Source of the DNA: Candidatus Nanoanaerosalina archaeon
GTDB lineage: Archaea > Nanohalarchaeota > Nanosalinia > Nanosalinales > Nanoanaerosalinaceae
Direction: 5' to 3'
Length of the DNA: 36,658 bases
Assembly: GCA_022729275.1 (NCBI GenBank)
Contig: JALDAH010000002.1
Location: 1-36,658, forward strand
A program made the translations under genes and the position numbers. Of this stretch, positions 33,877 through 36,658 are shown piece by piece; positions within the stretch are counted from its first letter, which is position 1, and each line of letters opens with the position of its first letter. The notes beneath the pieces were generated by a model. That model did no database searches and was not told where the DNA came from. It saw only the letters and a program-made list of their open reading frames with translations.

Positions 33877-34848
33877 TCAATCCCTCTTAAGTTCCCTGAA
33901 CTTTTTTTCCACCTGTTCACGGTAGGTTTTTCCTTTGAAATTGCCGTTGTACATATCAAGCCTGGCTGCAAGAGTTAACTTGTTAGCTAGGTACCTCGCC
34001 ATTTTACCTCTTTTTCCCTCAGGCAGACCGCTTACTGTGTGATGCAGAAAAATAATGCCGTGTTTTGGAGCCGAGCCCTTTCCTTCCATGTGTCTGAAAA
34101 GAGCTTTTTCAGCCCCTAACACCTGTACTGTTGATGAAGGCATCCTAGCAAGTTTTTTCAACGAACCTGCTTCAGAAACAGTTTTTGCTGCTAGAAGCGG
34201 ACCCGCAACCGAAGAAGTATTCGGCATTAGTTCTTCAGCAAGCGATTCGATGTATCCTGTTAAACTCTCCTTTTCATCATCCAAAAGTTCAACGGTTTTC
34301 ACAAATGTCTTTAACTGGTCGAGATCCCTGTCATCCATTTTGAAACCTGTGGTTTCTTCTATATTTTTTTGTTCCATTAGCTCTTTTCTTTTGAAGGTTC
34401 CATAAACCTCTTCTAGAAATTCCTGGTTTTTATCGGTCTCTTGATCGAGCTCCGGAAAGTAAAGAGAGTACCATGCTTTTAATCTCTCGAAAGACCTGTT
34501 AAATTGTTTTTCGAGCTCTGTAAGCCTTCTAACAGCCTGTATCAGGACTTGATCGTGTTCTTGATCTTCCTTTAATTTTGATCTGGTTCTTTCCGTGGCT
34601 ACTTTTTTCATCAAATCGTATACCTTTTTTCTGTCGTCCACCAAACCTGTTTTTTTACCCGCTTCGAACGCATCTATTTGGATTCTTTCCATCTTGCCGT
34701 GTTTCTCCTCAAGTTCTTTTTCCTCGGAAGTATCACACGAAATTTTTTTGGCGATCTCCACGGCTTTACCTGAAAACTCTCTGTGATCGATAACTTCGCC
34801 GTCTTCTAAGACGAAGACCCCTAGAACGTTTTTTGCCAGTTTCTTCAT
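33877..34848 (-). CDS. nop5: Nop5 (Nop56/58) C/D box sRNP scaffold protein
   Basis: Nop-domain motifs are present: AGSLKKLARMPSSTVQVLGAEKALFRH and GKMARYLANKLTLAARLD. At 323 aa it is short for the family. Confidence 0.88.
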   Translation of the reverse strand: MKKLAKNVLGVFVLEDGEVIDHREFSGKAVEIAKKISCDTSEEKELEEKHGKMERIQIDAFEAGKKTGLVDDRKKVYDLMKKVATERTRSKLKEDQEHDQVLIQAVRRLTELEKQFNRSFERLKAWYSLYFPELDQETDKNQEFLEEVYGTFKRKELMEQKNIEETTGFKMDDRDLDQLKTFVKTVELLDDEKESLTGYIESLAEELMPNTSSVAGPLLAAKTVSEAGSLKKLARMPSSTVQVLGAEKALFRHMEGKGSAPKHGIIFLHHTVSGLPEGKRGKMARYLANKLTLAARLDMYNGNFKGKTYREQVEKKFRELKRD

Positions 34849-34881
34849 AAAAGGAGACTTTCAACTCCCATCTTTTTCAAC

Positions 34882-36276
34882 TTACTGTTTGTACTTGTGA
34901 ACCGGTCTGTCGATTAAATCTTCTGCAGCCTCCATCACAGCTTCAGAAATAGAAGGATGCGGATGTACGGTCATCTCAACGTCTTCAACAAGACAACCCA
35001 TTTCTATACCTAGACTGAGTTCTGATATCAGTTCAGAGGCTTCAGGACCGCAGATAGTCGCCCCAAGAAGGGTTTTATTTTCTTTGTCCGCAATAAGCTT
35101 TACGAAACCTTTTTTGTAATCCATGGTCATGGCTCTTCCGTTAGCGGCCATCGAAAAACTACCTGTTTCAACCTCAAAACCTTTTTCAACAGCCTTTTTT
35201 TCCGATAATCCTGTTGTGGCAACTTCTGGATCGGTGTAAACAACTGATGGAACTGCTTGCCTAGTTGAAAAAGCTGTTTTTCCTGAAATAGTTTTTGCAG
35301 CTACTTTTCCTTCATGCATAGCAACATGTGCAAGCATAGGTTGCCCTGAAACATCTCCTATTGCGAAAACATCAGGATTTGATGTCCTCATCACATCATC
35401 AGTGTCTATGAATCCTTTATCGTTTTTTTCAACATTTGCATGATCCAGGCCGATATTTTCCGTTCTTGGAACTCTACCAACAGCCACAAGAACTTTATCG
35501 GCAACATACTCGGATTTGCTGGTTTTAACCTTGATTTTGGACTCTTTTTCGACAGCTTCCTCGGCTTTTTCGCCCGTGATTATTTTCATCCCGATTTCTT
35601 TGGCTCTTCTCTCAACCACTTTTGCGGCTTGAGAATCCATGTTTGGAAGAATGTTTTTGGAGGCCTCTATAACTGTCACTTCTGAACCAAGTTTTTGATA
35701 AACGGTCCCAAGCTCCATACCGATGTAACCTCCACCGATAACGAGAAGGTTTTCCGGGATCTCTTCGAGCTTTAAAGCCTGTTTAGAATCTATAATCCCT
35801 TTTTTTGAGAACTCAAACCCCGGTATCTCTAAGGGTTTTGAACCTGTGGCGATGACGCATTTGTTAAATTTTAAAGTTTTTGACGCTTCATCTGTGTTGA
35901 TATGGACTTCTTTAGGGCTTGTGATCTTCGCCCTTCCTTCTATTATTTCTACGTCGTTTTTTTCCTCCAGCAGCTTCACCCCTGAAGTAAGTTTGTTAAC
36001 GACGTTTTCTTTCCACTCCTGCAATTCTTTAGAACTAACCTTTATATCTGATTTTAAGCATTCAAGCCCCTTTATCTCTTCTAAAGTTTTTGCAACGTGT
36101 ATCAATGCTTTAGAGGGTATGCATCCATCGTTTAAACACACTCCTCCTATCTTGTTTTCTTCTACAAGGGTTACATCTTTTCCGAGCTGAGCTAATTTTA
36201 TGGCCGCAACATATCCTCCGGGACCTGCTCCGATGACAACAACGTCAGCAGACTCTTTTATATTTCCAACTACCAT
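34882..36276 (-). CDS. lpdA: dihydrolipoyl dehydrogenase (E3)
   Basis: It has an FAD motif (VVVIGAGPGGYVAA), the redox disulfide GGVCLNDGCIPSKALI, an NAD motif (LLVIGGGYIGMELG) and a C-terminal HPHPSISE. Confidence 0.93.
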   Translation of the reverse strand: MVVGNIKESADVVVIGAGPGGYVAAIKLAQLGKDVTLVEENKIGGVCLNDGCIPSKALIHVAKTLEEIKGLECLKSDIKVSSKELQEWKENVVNKLTSGVKLLEEKNDVEIIEGRAKITSPKEVHINTDEASKTLKFNKCVIATGSKPLEIPGFEFSKKGIIDSKQALKLEEIPENLLVIGGGYIGMELGTVYQKLGSEVTVIEASKNILPNMDSQAAKVVERRAKEIGMKIITGEKAEEAVEKESKIKVKTSKSEYVADKVLVAVGRVPRTENIGLDHANVEKNDKGFIDTDDVMRTSNPDVFAIGDVSGQPMLAHVAMHEGKVAAKTISGKTAFSTRQAVPSVVYTDPEVATTGLSEKKAVEKGFEVETGSFSMAANGRAMTMDYKKGFVKLIADKENKTLLGATICGPEASELISELSLGIEMGCLVEDVEMTVHPHPSISEAVMEAAEDLIDRPVHKYKQ

Positions 36277-36285
36277 TTTTAGACC

Positions 36286-36658
36286 TCAGTCATCTATAAG
36301 AAGTAATTCAGAGTCTTCCAAGTGTTTTGCTACAAACTCTATGAACTTTGCGGCGTATGCTCCGTCCACAGCTCTGTGGTCAAAGGTTAAAGAAAGTGGC
36401 AGAACTTTTTCTACTCTGATATCTCCGTTTACTACAACAGGTTTTTCTTTTGCTCGTCCTATGCCCAGTATTCCAACATCAGGATAATTTATGAGAGGCG
36501 TCCCGTACTCTCCTCCGATGCTTCCCCAGTTGGTGATGCTGAAACTGCTTCCTCTGATTTCTTTTAATTTTAGATTGCCTTTTCTGGCTTTTTCCGCCTT
36601 TTCGTTTATGGCTTTCCCTAGTTCGAGAATTGTTTTGTTGTCGGCTTCTTTCACAACA
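36286..36658 (-). CDS. dihydrolipoamide acyltransferase (E2), C-terminal catalytic domain; the 5' part lies beyond the right edge
   Basis: It has SLTFDHRAVDGAYAAKF (the DHRxxDG catalytic motif). The ORF is open to the window end. Confidence 0.88.
   Translation of the reverse strand, partial: VVKEADNKTILELGKAINEKAEKARKGNLKLKEIRGSSFSITNWGSIGGEYGTPLINYPDVGILGIGRAKEKPVVVNGDIRVEKVLPLSLTFDHRAVDGAYAAKFIEFVAKHLEDSELLLIDD

Overview
The window is a compact, low-GC archaeal chromosomal segment. No searches could be run, so every call rests on motifs read by eye. The archaeal assignment rests on the SSU rRNA 5' end, PolD, Orc1/Cdc6, archaeal DnaG, AglB and Nop5/fibrillarin. Gene packing suggests a small genome, possibly DPANN-like, but the lineage cannot be fixed from sequence alone.

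Content from left to right:
- 1-317: the 5' part of a 16S rRNA gene, minus strand.
- 615-1995: dnaG and a DUF167 gene.
- about 2.0-7.0 kb: an accessory-looking island.
- 6995-7435: a CBS-domain gene.
- 7815-13926: a Pyrococcus-style replication operon, orc1/cdc6, PolD small subunit, PolD large subunit, minus strand.
- 13971-14121: an ORB-bearing, AT-rich origin candidate directly upstream of that operon.
- 14236-18407: a TctA/DUF112-like permease, NAC, and secF-secD.
- 18463-25618: an N-glycosylation locus with aglB, an AglH-like GlcNAc-1-P transferase, a flippase-like protein, a cupin, UDP-GlcNAc 2-epimerase and an RHH-fused nucleotidyltransferase.
- 25708-33216: a PHP-like protein, a hypothetical protein, ileS, a YbaK-like deacylase, a DHH phosphoesterase and a DUF389 protein.
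- 33220-36658: fibrillarin, Nop5, and the E3 and E2 components of a 2-oxoacid dehydrogenase complex (E2 is partial).

The best candidate for something undescribed is the 2.0-7.0 kb island. It has three translationally coupled paralogous small proteins of unknown family. These are followed by three unrelated orphan genes, each bracketed by same-orientation copies of a long modular non-coding repeat (four copies in all). These are the only long spacers between genes apart from the rRNA leader and the ORB-bearing spacers; other gene junctions are under about 100 nt or overlap.

Two further points stand out. ORB-like motifs occur at three separate spacers that flank the replication operon and the neighbouring permease gene. 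A perfect 15-bp palindrome, TATAACANTGTTATA, recurs five times (one copy imperfect) around the origin candidate. No CRISPR array, transposase, integrase or tRNA gene was seen.
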